A DNA stretch of 63,579 nt, the filler included, from Pelomyxa schiedti (lineage: Eukaryota; Protista; Evosea), in assembly GCA_020536535.1 (NCBI GenBank). It is 10 parts of 10 records of this genome, joined end to end, with 100 filler letters (N's around TTAATTAATTAA, not from the genome) between each part and the next. Parts side by side here need not be neighbours in the genome. Positions count along the whole stretch, not along the records: positions 14,738 to 39,805 come from JAHLWZ010000578.1; 9 more parts are not named here. One strand, given 5' to 3'. The notes below the pieces were generated by a model that was given only the letters and a program-made list of their open reading frames with translations, had not been told where the DNA came from and ran no database searches. Both the position numbers and the translations under genes were made by a program. Below, in pieces: positions 25,901-39,195 of the stretch. Positions within the stretch are counted from its first letter, which is position 1. The number at the start of each line of letters is the position of its first letter.

Positions 25901-26758
25901 TTTTCCGACTTCATTGATAGCACCCCCGGGGCACTCGAGAAGCTGACTGAAACTGCCCAAACGGTTGGAGAGGCCTCCACCGACAAGCCCGAGGCCCGGC
26001 CGAAAACCATTGAAAGCATTGATGAGGAATCATCACTCGCCGAATGGGGCGAATACATGGAGAAGCTGGGCTTTGTTGGAGAAACAGTAAACGATCCCTC
26101 AGCACAAGGTACCAAAATTCCCCCCCGAAATTTAGTTATAACAACATATAAGTTTGTAGACATGAAACCAAACTAACACTTCTTTTCTACACAATTTCTC
26201 ACTTATTACATAGAGAACCAAGGGGAAGATGCCGAATCATCCGGCGATGATGACGAAAATGATGGTGAACCTGGCCCGGCAATAGACCCAGAGGTTGCCC
26301 TCAGGAGAAAAATCCGCAAACAAGCCAAGTTCAGTGCCCACAAGGAAATAGAGGACCTATTCCACGGTGATGGTGTCACATCCCATCAAACACCACCACC
26401 AACAGCAACATCCACATCCACTACTACAACCACTACCACAATCACAACACAAGAAGTGACACCAACTGCAAAGCCAGGCACTGATAGTGGGTTGGCCACA
26501 GTGCTCAACAAAATTGCACTAACAAAGAAGGGCAAAAAGGCAGCACCACCAATAGCAACACCAAAAACACCTCCACCGGCGGTGTCAAATACTACAGTTG
26601 CATCAGCAGCGGAATCAGCAACAGTGATTATTAGGCCTGAGGATCCTCAGAGAGTGGGGGAGAGTGAGGGACCTTTGGCTGGGAGGAAGAGGCAGCCAAG
26701 GGGCTCATTTGGTAAGAGGGGTTCTAGCAAATATGCAAGGATTCTAACACGGTTTTGA
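22916..26758 (+). CDS. NOP9: Nucleolar protein 9 (Pumilio-repeat rRNA-processing factor)
   Basis: PUF repeat motifs LSTNPFASHV, CCHPSASCLVEAVL, LASHPIANRVVQQLI, VFASRFVEVLL, LAQDRSGSHVVELCY; Nop9-like N-terminal helix (LMANVMVEVSGRELAL); internal (EIKKEEG)n repeat. Confidence 0.88.
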
Positions 26759-26920
26759 TTACATAAACATCTGCATTCTTGGAGTGGGTGGTTGAGTTTC
26801 TTTTTCGATGTAGGTGTTGCTTTTTGGTTTATGATTGTACATATAACTAGTGGTGTTTCTTTTTGGGTGTTGCTTTGGAAATAGCTTTGCCGTCACTTTT
26901 GAACAAACTCTAGAAAAAAA

Positions 26921-29900
26921 TCATGAGAATTGTATGTGGGTAATGTCAAAGGGTGCAAACCTTGGCCACTTTCTCCGCTGCAGTGCCGGTATCACAGTCT
27001 TTACTGGGAGTCCATTAGGGAAGTTAATTGAAGGAGGAAAATACGGATGCTGCTGTGATTCTGTAATAAGGCTTTGATCATAGGCTGCATCTGTGTTTAC
27101 AAGTGCTGTTGATTGTTGTTTGTGTATCCAAGACTGAACTTCGGAAATTGGTGTGAAAGGGGGCCGATCAAGTTGGAACTGACCAAGTGTTCTAAAAAGC
27201 AATGTCAATGAAGATGACTCCAGGTGTAGACATACGCGATGATTTTTGAGCAGTTGCGGTACTTCACGAAGTTTATCAATTCGGTGTTCGGAATAAGAGA
27301 AGGATTCCCATCAGAAGCAAAGGTGATGTCCTTTAGGGCAACGCCTGTAGTTCATTAGGGAATTCTTGTTTTGGGGTACCATACCCAAGTACGGAACACA
27401 GGGAGCCACAGCACACTTCAGTATGTCTCGGTATGCAGTGAAATTATTTGTCGTTGCAAAAAGATTACAGTGTTTCTCGAAGAGCTCCATGGTTGGCGCC
27501 GGGACAAGCTGAAGCTAATAAGACAAGGTTGGCACATTACTCTGGGCCATACCTTCCATGTAGCTTTCAGTCTGTGAACAGCGGAGTCTTGCAGTGCACA
27601 TGATATTTCCATGGCAGCGTTGTAATTGCGCATTTGGTGTGAGGCCTTATGTAATAAGAAGTCAACAAACGTAGGGGGTGTTTACTTCCGTGGCGAGAAT
27701 AAATCTGTGGATTATCAGTGCTCGTACTGGGGCACTTTCTCCATGTAAGATTTCTGTAAGAACCCACATAGTTCTCTGCGTTGTATTAGATTACTGGCAT
27801 TCGATTATTCAGTAGAACTTTGTTGGTCTCTTCAATCATTCGTGTTATGTTGGGTGCTTCTTTTTCTTTGAGTGCAGGCTTATTCCAAGCTTGTTTAATA
27901 AATTCTGTAGAGAAGTCACAAAAAAAGGAATATAGGGGAGAGATAACCCTTTGGGTGTATGTGCGAAAAAGTTTCCCACTCCATTAGCATAATTTGTCTT
28001 GCCAGCTCTTCTGGATGTAAATCTAGGAGACTAACTGGAGCCGTACTAGGTGCCGTAAGGAGAAGGGGTGGAGGAACTTCTTCACGCTGTCTTGCCTCTC
28101 CACTCAGTTTTAGATTTCGCTGTGTGAATGCTCAACTGGGGTATCAAGTGGATAGCTTCATACATGCATTTCAATCGACTTCAAAACGTTACCAGCGGCA
28201 GAGCAAGAAACACTCAGGGTATTCAGAAGCTCTATCATTTTAGTGACCATCTCTTCATCGTAAAATGCTCCTTCAATATATAATTTTGTCCAATATTTTA
28301 ATGTACTCACTATCCTGATTTTTGTAAGATTTATTGGTCTATGAAAGTTACTACCTCAAACGCACTCGCAGCCGTATGCTACTAAAAGTGGCGAAGTCCA
28401 TAGAAACAGGTCGCCTCATATAGAATCTATTTGATTGAGGGTTTAAGTTGAGGAAGATTATACACTTTCGGTACCTTGCAGCCAAAATATCAAGTAGTTT
28501 AGGACCCGTCAGAAATACGTGATAGGAAATAAGGAAGGCTTGCATGAAATCAAGGTCTTGCAGAATGAGAATTGTATTTTTTGGAAAACAGTTCTACCAT
28601 TTTCAGATGGGTGTGTAAGATATTGAACTAACTTATATACATTTCCCCCTCTAATGCTATATCTTCCATCGGGTTGCTGAAAGTGTTAAACAAAAAAAAA
28701 AACTCTCAGTGAAAATAACCGGCAACCACATGACATTGGCTTCACTATCTGGTTCCTCAAAAGCAGTGTGATATTCCACCCACTGAGTGAAATACTCTGG
28801 TTTATCTGCTGGATCAGAAAGAAAAGCCTTTGGAAAATAAATACGTAAAAATGAAGTCACAGCATACCACAGGTGGAATGCCTGTAGTTTCTGCAGGCTG
28901 TGGCGCAAGTGAGAGCATTGGAGGGGTTCCTTTCTGTTGTGCCTGTTAATATATTTAAGTTGTTCAGAGGTAATTACCGCGAAACGTGGAGATGTGCCAG
29001 TTTCACTAACAGATGAAGACCGGCCAGGAACGGCACATGAACTAGCGGACCCTAAGTTATCAAACGATATCCTAGAGTCACCAAGAATGGAGTCCGGAAT
29101 AGGTGAATTGGAAGGGGATGTGTGGACAGATGTTTTCCGTTTTAATGGATTCAAATTCACAGATGTCAGAAATGATGGTGATGTTGCTGGTACCGATGCC
29201 GACAAAATGGAGACACCAGGTGGGGTCATTCCGGTGCCATCATCTGATGCATTAGAATTGCGCCGCTTATCACCGAACAAGTGACGGCGATGGGAGTGTT
29301 TGGCCACGGTTTCATCCTCCACCGTTCCCGTATCTGTTGGAGCAGGACTTGGAGAGGTATTATCATCCAGTAAAGTGGTCTCACGTAAACTCTTAAGTAC
29401 GTTAGAAAAAACATAGTGAAGAACGAAAGCATACTCCCTCACGGTCAGAGTCCAGGCCAGTGGTTCCGGATGGAGAGTGTGGAGTTGGGGAAGGTGAAGC
29501 ATTGCGGAAGAGGTGTACATTTGTAGAGTGAGGAAGCCTTTCTTTACTTGGTGTGATTGGAGGTGAACCCGAGCCGGCTGTTTTTTTTATGGCACAGAAA
29601 TTTGTTGCGTTTACAAAATCAAATGGGAAAAACAGTCACATACTGCCTCTTGCAAGTCGTCTCAAGATAACTTCAAAGGCTTTTACCCACTTGGCACACT
29701 GTTCTGATGAACTGCATTTGTATCTACATGCTTCATGAGGAAGAGTACACAAGCTTCACATTTGTTACTTGTGATGCATTCCTTGAAAATGAATGACGAA
29801 AACTTTTGTATTCGACTCATCCGGGACAACACGCACATCAACGAGTGGCATAACCAGTTGCGGCTTCTTATCCTAAACAACAACGATAATTATTGCCGTC

Positions 29901-30270
29901 AATACCAGAGTAACGGTGACAATATGCATAGATAGGTACAAGTAGATGTTACCTCCGGATCGTCGTAGAGCACCACGTGCGCTGCGTGCAACGAACACCA
30001 TTTGGCCGTGTACATCCCAAATGACGACTGCTTGTACAGAGTCCCTGCCATCAACACCTAGTAGTCGTCATACATACATCCCACAATAAGTCAAGGCCAG
30101 GCGTAACATTTACACTTCACGCAGCAAAAGGGGGAGAGTAACAAGGTTAAAAAAAAAAAAAAAAAAGAGGGGGAGCGTGGGCGGGGAATGGGGGGAACCT
30201 TGCCCACGTCATTTTCGGTCGGCGTGGCCGTCGACGATGCGGCGGTGGTACTCGTTGTTTCGGTGGTCAT
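26921..30270 (-). CDS. PH-domain + REM + CDC25-type Ras guanine nucleotide exchange factor
   Basis: PH: VLMAGTLYKQSSFGMYTAKWCSL...QCAKWVKAFEVIL. REM: DFMQAFLISYHVFLTGPKLLDIL. CDC25: LHPEELARQIMLMEW, RNYNAAMEISCALQDSAVHRLKATWK, PVFPYLG, LKDITFASDGNP...INFVK. Confidence 0.92.
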
Positions 30271-30650
30271 TTTGATGGTGTGTTGGCCTCACAAATTGTG
30301 GGAATGTTCTTTTGGTGCTGGCTGGAGACCCTCCTCCGAACGAATCAGGTTTCGGCTGCCTCACGTCGCGCGACCAAAGGCCTTTGCGTTGTGTCACTTT
30401 GCGTTTCCTCTGATTAAGTGTCGCGCTCCTCGCCGCCTCCCGATCGCGTTTCCCCTTTGCTTTTTTATTTTTTTTTCTCGTTGCTTCTTTTTTCTGTGAT
30501 CTCGTACTCCTTCCGTTTTCAGCGTATTTTCTGTGAGTTTTTTTTTTTTGAGTTGGTAGATGGGAAGGCAGTACTTGGGTGACGGTGGTGTGGTTTGCTT
30601 TTATGTGCTACTGCAGGCATGAGTATTTTGGTTATGGGTTGGCTTGTGTG

Positions 30651-31931
30651 TTAGCAGGAGCAGTAATTGCTCACAGCAGATAGTGATGATGAGGGTGATG
30701 TTGTTGTTGGTGGTTGTGATTCTGTGGATGTTGATGCTGTGGAGTGTAATGGTTGCTGGGGTGAGTGTAGGTCAATGCGGGAATCATCCAAGTTCACTGC
30801 CGGCATTGTTCTGTGTTGGGAATGGTATGGTTTGGTTTATGGAATTGTTAGTTTTTTATGGGAAAGTAAGGAGTGGAGCGGGGTACAGTGTTGTTTCATC
30901 CTCGTGTTTCAGAGCTTTTCTGGTGATAAGCTCAAAAGCTTCGCGGACATTATGGGAGCTTTTGGCACTTGTCTGGAGGAGTGGTTGATTCTAAATTCAA
31001 TGTTTGTACCGTACTTCAATATATGGAATGTCTCCTTTGGATGCGCACCAATCCTGAGCTTGCTTTTGTGTTATCTAATACTGGAAGTGAGGGGAAGCTA
31101 TAGTTAAATGGGTAACATACTAGCCGCTGTTCAGCTGTATCAATTTTATTCCCGATTAGCACAAAAGGAAAAGTCACAGGGTCAGCGGGCTCTGATTGGG
31201 TTATAAACTCGAGGTGCCACATATTAAGGTCATCAAAGGTGCGTTGCACATTTACATCAAAAACAAGGGCACAACAGTCAGTTCCTATGAAGTAGCGTTA
31301 GCTGGAAATCGGTCCTGTTCGGTACCTCTATAAAACGCGGACCCCAAGCTCTGGAACCTTTAGGCATTTAGAGGAAATTCGAACAATTTATCCTTCTCTA
31401 TAACTCGGACTCTCTTCACCTTTCTTGCCCTGCTGTGTCCCACACCTTTTTGTTCTTGTTATTGGCAAAGTAATTCAATGAGGAGTACCTGCAAAGTACA
31501 GTTCTTACCGTCAATGTACATATCCTAGTAAAAAGCAAAAAAAGAAGTGAGAGGTGAGTCTCATTTCTAAGTTTGTTTACAACTTTAGCGTGGAAATCGG
31601 CACCAATTGTTGCCTTATAAACAGTAGTAAACTTGTTTGTTAAGAACCTCCACTTAAGCATCAGTACACAAGAAATTAAACCACTTCCTCTTACTGCGCA
31701 AGTAAAGCGGTCTTCCCAACTCTAGGAAAAAATAAGCATTTCGTTAAATAGACAAAGCAAGACTCCAATTGTCAAATTACAAAGCGATTGTTATTGCAAT
31801 GGATAAATCATTCGGCCATTCAAATGTGGTTTTTTTTATGCCATTCAAGCCCACCCAGGATTTCCAAGTAGGATAACTTTGAGAACTCTTCGTCGGGCAC
31901 CACGACCAACACCTCCTGTCGTTGTAGCCAT
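30651..31931 (-). CDS. RAB7: Rab7-like small GTPase, multi-exon
   Basis: [67 protein letters not shown]; C-terminal CSC* prenylation motif. Confidence 0.93.
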
Positions 31932-32016
31932 TATGGGATGATGCGCGTTACTCGATCGGTCGTTTGTTGTTATCAGACTGCTAATATGCAATAATTTTGT
32001 TTTAACAGAACGGACG

Positions 32017-32095
32017 ATCTAATATCCGATAGATATTAGATAGCAGTTTGGTTTAGTTTCTCACTAGACTATCTAATATCTATCGGATATTAGAT
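32017..32095. repeat. Perfect 27-bp inverted repeat whose arms are themselves quasi-palindromic
   Basis: ATCTAATATCCGATAGATATTAGATAG (32017-32043) and its exact reverse complement (32069-32095), with a 25-bp spacer. Confidence 0.9.
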
Positions 32096-32224
32096 AGTAT
32101 ATTGGTTTATTTTTTTGGTGGAGATAGTCTACAGGGAAATGTTCTTTGAGTCAAGAGACTCAAAGAAGGTGATACGTGGTGAGTTAGGTTCTAGTCTGTG
32201 TATTTGGTTAGGTTGTGCAGGCTT

Positions 32225-32542
32225 TCATTTCTTGGTTTTTGTGTGGGGTTTGCATACTACTACGTGTATAACAGCTTTTTTTGCTTCCACAATTTGAGTG
32301 TAGTCATTGAGGGAGACCGGGTCTATGAGAGTCCCTATTCCATCACATGTCAATGTGAAGTCGTCACAGGGAATTCCATAAGCCCCTTCCACCAGTAGCT
32401 TGATGTTCAAAGCAGTCTCCCCAATTTTGAGTCTGCACTCGTGCACACGGACGGTGTTTGTGGTTTTGTTTGGGATCAGTATAGTGACGGGGATTTCTTC
32501 GTGTATGTTGGACTCCTCGTCATAGGACTTCGTTTTTTGCAT
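32225..32542 (-). CDS. Small ubiquitin-like-fold protein (upstream exons possible)
   Basis: 105-aa ORF with a beta-grasp-like pattern (LKIGETALNIKLLVEGAYGIPCDDFTLTCDGIGTLIDPVSLNDY...VIHVVV). Confidence 0.55.
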   Translation of the reverse strand: MQKTKSYDEESNIHEEIPVTILIPNKTTNTVRVHECRLKIGETALNIKLLVEGAYGIPCDDFTLTCDGIGTLIDPVSLNDYTQIVEAKKAVIHVVVCKPHTKTKK

Positions 32543-33181
32543 TGTACTAATTTGTAGTCTCCCTATGTATCATTTACTTCACACTTTGCCGAAAAGGGGG
32601 AATTACCAGGCGACAACGGGGTCCGTCTTGGCGACACCTAACGGCAACAATGAGCAAAAAAGAAAACGTGAACACAAAAAGAAAAAGGGACACCTACAGA
32701 AGGAGATTTATCGCCTGTTCCAAAGAAAAAAAAAGGGGGGGGTGCTGTTAGGATCTGCGTGTATTACAATATTGAGTAGTGCAATGGTATCGTACCTTTC
32801 GGGGATGTTGCCCTTGGTACAATTGGTATCGGTGCCGTGGGCTCTCGTGCATGCGTAGTCATTTTACCAGTTTGGTTTGTGCCGTTTGTCCCAGATCTTC
32901 CATGCAAGTCAATGAAAAGATAACCGTTGATCCTTGGCCTGAGTCTTCTTCCGATGCGGCGACGGCACGCAGGCAATTGGTGACATGCAATTCGCTTCGA
33001 TTCCTCGTTTGTGGAAGGCGGAGATCTGGAAAAATAACAACAAGATCACGGCACACTTGATCGTACCTGGTTCGGAAAAAAACAAACTACAAATAAAAAT
33101 CATAAAAAATAGGGCCGCAACACAACAGCGGTGCATCTTGCTGCTTCTGCCTTTATCGTTTTCCGCTTGCGATACAGTTGA

Positions 33182-34901
33182 ATGGCTACGAAGGCGCCCG
33201 TAGAAGACGAGGACGCGATTCCGCAAGAAGAGGCCGCGTTCGACGACGACGTAGAGAAATTAGTCAATAGGAGGTATTTACGCTGTTATGGTTTTTTGTT
33301 GTTTTTTTGTGTGACTCGTTTTTGATCTGTTTCAGGTCTGCAACAAGGGAAGCGGGCCTGTATAATATTTGCCTTACGCTCCTTACTCGATGTTGCTCAG
33401 ACTTCCTCGAAAGCAGGTATTGTGTTCCGGTTTTTGTGTTGTTTGGTGTTCACAAAGTTTCTAAACAGGGCAGAGACAGTTGTAGACCAAGTGTGCAGTT
33501 TAATACGTACATCCAGTGAGCGAGGAAGCTGGGAAACGGCTGCGCATGGTGCGAAGGCACTTTCGTACCTAGCTATTACCATGGGCAGAAACCAAACGGC
33601 ATACGCCATTCTTTCCAAGGCCCTAGTTGATCTATCAAATGCCCATCACGTTCCTGACCCCACCGCTGCAGCAGCACTTTCTTCTTTGGCTACCTCTTGC
33701 TTTTTCACCAGCACAGGTAATGAGCCTATACAGTGGAGTGGAGTGCACTAAATCTATATAGAGCCACACGATACAGTTGAAGTTATGAGACTTCTGGAAT
33801 CCCATTTCAGCCGGACTTCCCCGGCGGCAGTGTCCACACTTCCTGCAGATGATGACGAGACTGAAATAACACCTACTACAGACTCAGATGACATCACTGA
33901 TGATGAGTCCACGTCAACCCACCGAACAACAACAAGTAGAACACACTCAACCTCCAGTGACTCGGAGGAAGAAGAGGATACGGATGACTCCGCTGAAGGA
34001 ACATTTCACGCTCGCAGTTCACACTGTCATAGTGGCTCACGTAGCACTTGTTCGGCTGTGAGTGGGTGGTCATTACTGTTGACCTCACTGTCTCTTTCTA
34101 TGATACCCAGAATAATTTCAGAGTATCTTTTCTCCTTTCGGGAAAACGGTCTCACCCGATGTCAGGAATTCAGAAGCCCTTTTAACATTACTGGAGCACC
34201 CGGATGTTGATGTGCGAATACAAACTGGGCACGCATTTGCCCTTCTTTTTTCTCTACTCCGTGACAGCACTGATGAATCTGTAATAGATTTTTTTTACCT
34301 TTCTATTTCTTTCTTATACTTGTCAGGAACCATTTGATATTAATGACTGCAATGACTTCTTTGATACTGCATCATTTATGGCCACGGTGGAAGCACTTTG
34401 TGACGCGCAACCACTTCCCAGTGGTCTTCGTTTCTCCAAAAGAGATAAAAACAAGCAAGCCCCCATGTTCAGACAGATTTGCCGATTCATCCAGGTAAAA
34501 AAAAACTTACATCTGTGTGCCCTAACATGTTACAGGAAGGCATTGAACCCACAGAGAAGATGACAATTAAATTCCACCCACTCGTTTTCACTGGTTGGCC
34601 TCAGGTGACACAATTGTCCACCTTGCGGGAGACTCTAACAACCGGATTTGCACTCCACATGGAGGTATGAATTCATTGTCTTTCACATCACCCAACTTTC
34701 ACACAGAAAAACACAATTTTGCATCAACTGTTTGACCTGAGGTTGGACCCGCACAAGTCCCGGGAGAAGCTCTCCCACGTCGAGAAGCGCCGTTTCAAGT
34801 CCGGAAACTCTGAGAGGGCAAAAGCACGAACACAAAAGCGGAACATCGACAGGGATGTCTGTGTTGCCAAGAAGCACTACCAGGATGACTCCCACATTTA
34901 A
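33182..34901 (+). CDS. IFRD: Interferon-related developmental regulator (IFRD family, ribosome hibernation factor), copy 1
   Basis: AVSGWSLLLT; LLEHPDVDVRIQTGHAFALL; RFSKRDKNKQAPMFRQI; IFRD_C-like LRETLTTGFALHME..LHQLFDL..EKRRFKSGNSERAKARTQKRNIDRD. Confidence 0.88.
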
Positions 34902-35565
34902 ACCAGTGCGGAAGTCCACAACCATCACACCACATTGACATTGTCATTTGTGCCTTGTGTCGTTATATACAAACAGTTTAAATAAACAAACATACAACAT
35001 ATTTCACAGCGTTACTTTTCTTTGCTCTTGTCTGGGGACAAGAACCAAAAACTAACTGATACACACCCGAAAAAAACCCTTTGTCCAAAAAATTGTTCTG
35101 TTTGTACAATATGTACAATATGTGGGTGCCTTGGGGTGGTATTTGATTGGGGGGGAATGTCTCATTGTGACCAACAGGCTGCTGCGCAGTGGGGGGTTTT
35201 GCACGAGAATCAGAATTGGGGTGGCATTGAATGGGGGATTGCAGCTGGATTACCCCCACGAGCACCCACCCAACAACCCCCCGTTTACACCCAGCACTCC
35301 GCGAGGGGGATTCCCAGCCCAGTTGGGTTTGGTCTGGGAATTGTTTGGGGTTACCAAAGACCCCCGCCGCGGTACTTGGGTGTGGCAACAGGGGAAGGGT
35401 GCTCATGGGGAGCCGACCCTCCAATTCTGATTTCTCTTTGGGGGTGTGTGCAAGCGGTAGCCATTTGAAATGGTCAAGACACGGCTGGAGGTACCACCGG
35501 GATTGATAGCATTGGACCAGGATGGATTTTGCAGGCAGAATTCGCTTTGGGCACCCATGACCGCA

Positions 35566-36096
35566 CTGTGAAATTGTGAGTTGGGAGAAAAAACCACAGC
35601 TGTTCATTTAAAATACCTTGTGTTTTGTGGTCGAGTCACCGGGATAGGATAGGATGGATTTCTCGCCGGAAAGTCATGTGAAAAACTGTTTTGCACCCCG
35701 AGGAAGTTGATTGATTTCCGGGAATAGATCGGGTAAAAACCGTGCGGTTAAGAGCGAAAGAGTTCACTGAGCCGGCTGTGAAATTGTGAGTTGGGACAAA
35801 TAAGCACAGGTGTGTTCATTACAATACCTTGTGAGGTGCCTTTTAGAGAGCCACCTGGCTGCTGCTGCTTGTCTGGTTGCATTTTTGGCAGAGATGTATC
35901 TCTTGGTATTACATTGGATCAAAACCCAGTTTGTACTTGCAGTAGTAGAATGTGAGCGCTCGCTAGCTCCCTTGGAGAGGCAATTCTTCGTCGCCGGAAA
36001 TTTGACCGCCGAAAGTAGATTCTTATTCATTGGTTGTCAAGAACACTGTTGATTGTGGTGAGTGGGGAGAAGAACCACGAAACTGTGCAACAGTAC
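35566..36096 (-). repeat. Three homologous ~51-bp intron-like units, each preceded by CAAG|GTA
   Basis: 35566-35616, 35776-35827 and 36046-36096 share GTA...CCCA(A)CTCAC...(T/A)CA(C/AC)AG on the minus strand. Confidence 0.7.
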
Positions 36097-36339
36097 CTTG
36101 CGCGGTGGCGGTTGAACAGCCCAACATCCGGCTGGACACAACACGGTGATTTCTTTGTGGATGTGTGAAATTGCCTCTGCACAATATAATCATCCGCCAC
36201 ACTCGACGCAGTGTGGAATCGGCAAGATGATCACATAGAGAGCTACGTAATATTTGTTTTCTCGCTGTTGATGTATGATATACATGTTAGAACACTGAAA
36301 TCAATGGGGAAAGGGTGCAAACCTGGGGTGGCTCACACT

Positions 36340-37437
36340 CTAAGAATTGCACATATATATTTCCTGGGTTCTGCAGCAGCAGCTCCAGACAGAGGTTTGC
36401 AAGGCGCAGCAGCAGCTCATGAGAGAGTAATGACTGGCTTTGACAGTGTGTGGGGTGGGGTGGGATGGGACTGGGTTGGACAGGTTATTACAATTGAGTG
36501 GTATTACAATGAATGTGTGGGTGGTTCTAGAAGGCGGGCCCCACAAGCCTGGGAATCCAGGGTTGTGGCTGAGGTTGCTGTGAGGGGAAGACATACGGCG
36601 TCGCAGCAGCAGCAGTCGCGTCAGCAGGGGCATCCACCATGACCGCGTCGTGGCGCTCATTCCACCACCTCACAGCCCAGATGGGGAATTCAGGGCGCTC
36701 GCCCGGCAGAGGCGGCGGCGGGATTGGAAAGACCGACGGGGCCGGGAATGGGAACCACGGGGGAAACCACCCACTGCCAAACTTGGGCTGCGCACCAACC
36801 GCCGACGGCGGCGGCGTCAGTATCGGCGTCGGTGTCCATGTGCTCTGTGTTGTTGGTGACAATGCCATCGGCTGCATAGTAATGGGCGTGGGCGTGGGCG
36901 TGGGCGTGGGCGTGGGCGTGGGCGTGGGCATTATGGGAGGCGATAGCACCACCTGCTGCTGTGGTGTCAGTGACACTGGTGGCTGTGGCCGTGACTCCGG
37001 TTGCGACTGCGACTGCGATTGTACACAGTAGTTGTAGCAGCAGCGGGGCTGTCGCTGCTGGCGGCAGCAAAACCATCAGCGGCAGTGGGAGTGGGAGTGG
37101 GAGTTGGGGCTGCGTGCCGCCGGCACGAGCACCAGTGAGTGATGGTGATGGCTCCGCCGCCTTCACTCGTCGTGGTTATGGTGACGATTATGGCCACGGA
37201 CTCGGCAGCCACGAGGAAAAGAGACTGGGCCAACCACGGGGGAACGCACTCGATGGTCCGAGCGGGGGCGCAGAACGCGTCGTCATCGCCGGCGAGCCAG
37301 TGGCAGTCGTCGGGGAGGGCCCGCCACCACGCCTCGGCCGTGCTGCCAGGCGACCCCACTGACGAGAACGGGTGGTCGTCGCGGTGGTGACGTGGTCCCA
37401 CAGCAGCACCCGCGGCTGATGCAGAAGTCGAGGCCAA
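36340..37437 (-). CDS. Pro/Thr-rich hypothetical protein or disrupted gene
   Basis: Overlapping GC-rich ORFs in shifting frames (36967-37437, 36527-36976) with (TP)n repeats; no recognisable domain. Confidence 0.35.
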
Positions 37438-37841
37438 AGACGAGGGAGAGGATGGGGGAGAAATCCTCCCTTGTTTTTAACAAGTTCCAGCCTGTTATGT
37501 GACAACCGTCACTGGGCAAATTGATTTTACTTCCGCGCTCCAATTGCATCGCCACATAGCAACAATTCCAGCCTTTTCCTTTCTTTTCGTGCAGAATCTC
37601 ATCCACAACGTATTTTCGTTTTATTGGAACAAAGTCTAGTTTTTGGGGTACGACTTCGGTGGAGACCCAATAAATCGAGTTTTCCCCAGATAACTCGAGT
37701 TATTTCTGCATGAATTCGTTTTCCACATCGAGTTTACCCCTNNNNNNNNNNNNNNNNNNNNNNNNNNNNNNNNNNNNNNNNNNNNNNNNNNNNNNNNNNN
37801 NNNNNNNNNNNNNNNNNNNNNNNNNNNNNNNNNNNNNNNNN

Positions 37842-39195
37842 GTGCGAAGGCACTTTCGTACCTAGCTATTACCATGGGCAGAAACCAAACGGCATACGCC
37901 ATTCTTTCCAAGGCCCTAGTTGATCTATCAAATGCCCATCACGTTCCTGACCCCACCGCTGCTGCAGCACTTTCTTCTTTGGCTACCTCTTGCTTTTTCA
38001 CCAGCACAGGTAATGAGCTTATACAGTGGAGTGGAGTGCACTAAATCTATAAAGAGCCACACGATACAGTTGAAGTTATGAGACTTCTGGAATCCCATTT
38101 CAGTCGGAATTCCCGGGCGGCAGTGTCCACACTTCCTGCAGATGATGATGAGACTGAAATAACACCTACTACAGACTCAGATGACATCACTGATGATGAG
38201 TCCACGTCAACCCACCGAACAACAACAACAAGTAGAACACACTCAACCTCCAGTGACTCGGAGGAAGAAGAGGATACGGATGACTCCGCTGAAGGAACAT
38301 TTCACGCTCGCAGTTCACACTGTAATAATGGCTCACGTAGCACTTGTTCGGCTGTGAGTGGGTGGTCATTACTGTTGACCTCACTGTCTCTTTCTATGAT
38401 ACCCAGAATAATTTCGGAGTATCTTTTCTCCTTTCGGGAAAACGGTCTCACCCGATGTCAGGAATTCAGAAGCTCTTCTAACATTACTGGAGCATCCGGA
38501 TGTTGATGTGCGAATACAAACTGGGCACGCATTTGCCCTTCTTTTTTCTCTACTCCGTGACAGCACTGATGAATCTGTAATAGATTTTTTTACCTTTCTA
38601 TTTCTTTCTTATACTTGTCAGGAACCATTTGATATTAATGACTGCAATGACTTCTTTGATACGGCATCATTTATGGCCACGGTGGAAGCACTTTGTGATG
38701 CACAACCACTTCCCAGTGGTCTTCGTTTCTCCAAAAGAGATAAAAACAAGCAAGCTCCCATGTTCAGACAGATTTGCCGATTCATCCAGGTAAACAAACT
38801 TACATCTGTGTGCCCTAACATGTGCACAGGAAGGCATTGAACCCACAGAGAAGATGACAATTAAATTCCACCCACTCGTTTTCACTGGTTGGCCTCAGGT
38901 GACACAATTGTACATTTTGCGGGAGACTCTAACGACCGGATTTGCACTCCACATGGAGGTATGAATTTATTGCCTTTCATATCACCCAACTTTCACACAG
39001 AAAAACACAATTCTGCATCAACTGTTTGACCTGAGGTTGGACCCGCACAAATCCCGGGAGAAGCTCTCCCACGTCGAGAAGCGCCGTTTCAAGTCCGGAA
39101 ACTCTGAAAGGGCAAAAGCACGAACACAAAAGCGGAACGTTGACAGGGATGTAAGCGTTGCCAAGAAGCACTACCAGGATGACTCCCACATTTAA
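37842..39195 (+). CDS. IFRD: IFRD family copy 2 (5' part lost in the 100-N gap)
   Basis: Near-identical to 33549-34901, with scattered substitutions and small indels. Confidence 0.85.

Noticed and set aside
36150-36240. Possible in-frame TGA recoding (CVECGG*LYC)
   Set aside because: Neighbouring segments have multiple stops of all types and I saw no SECIS-like element; decay is the simpler explanation.
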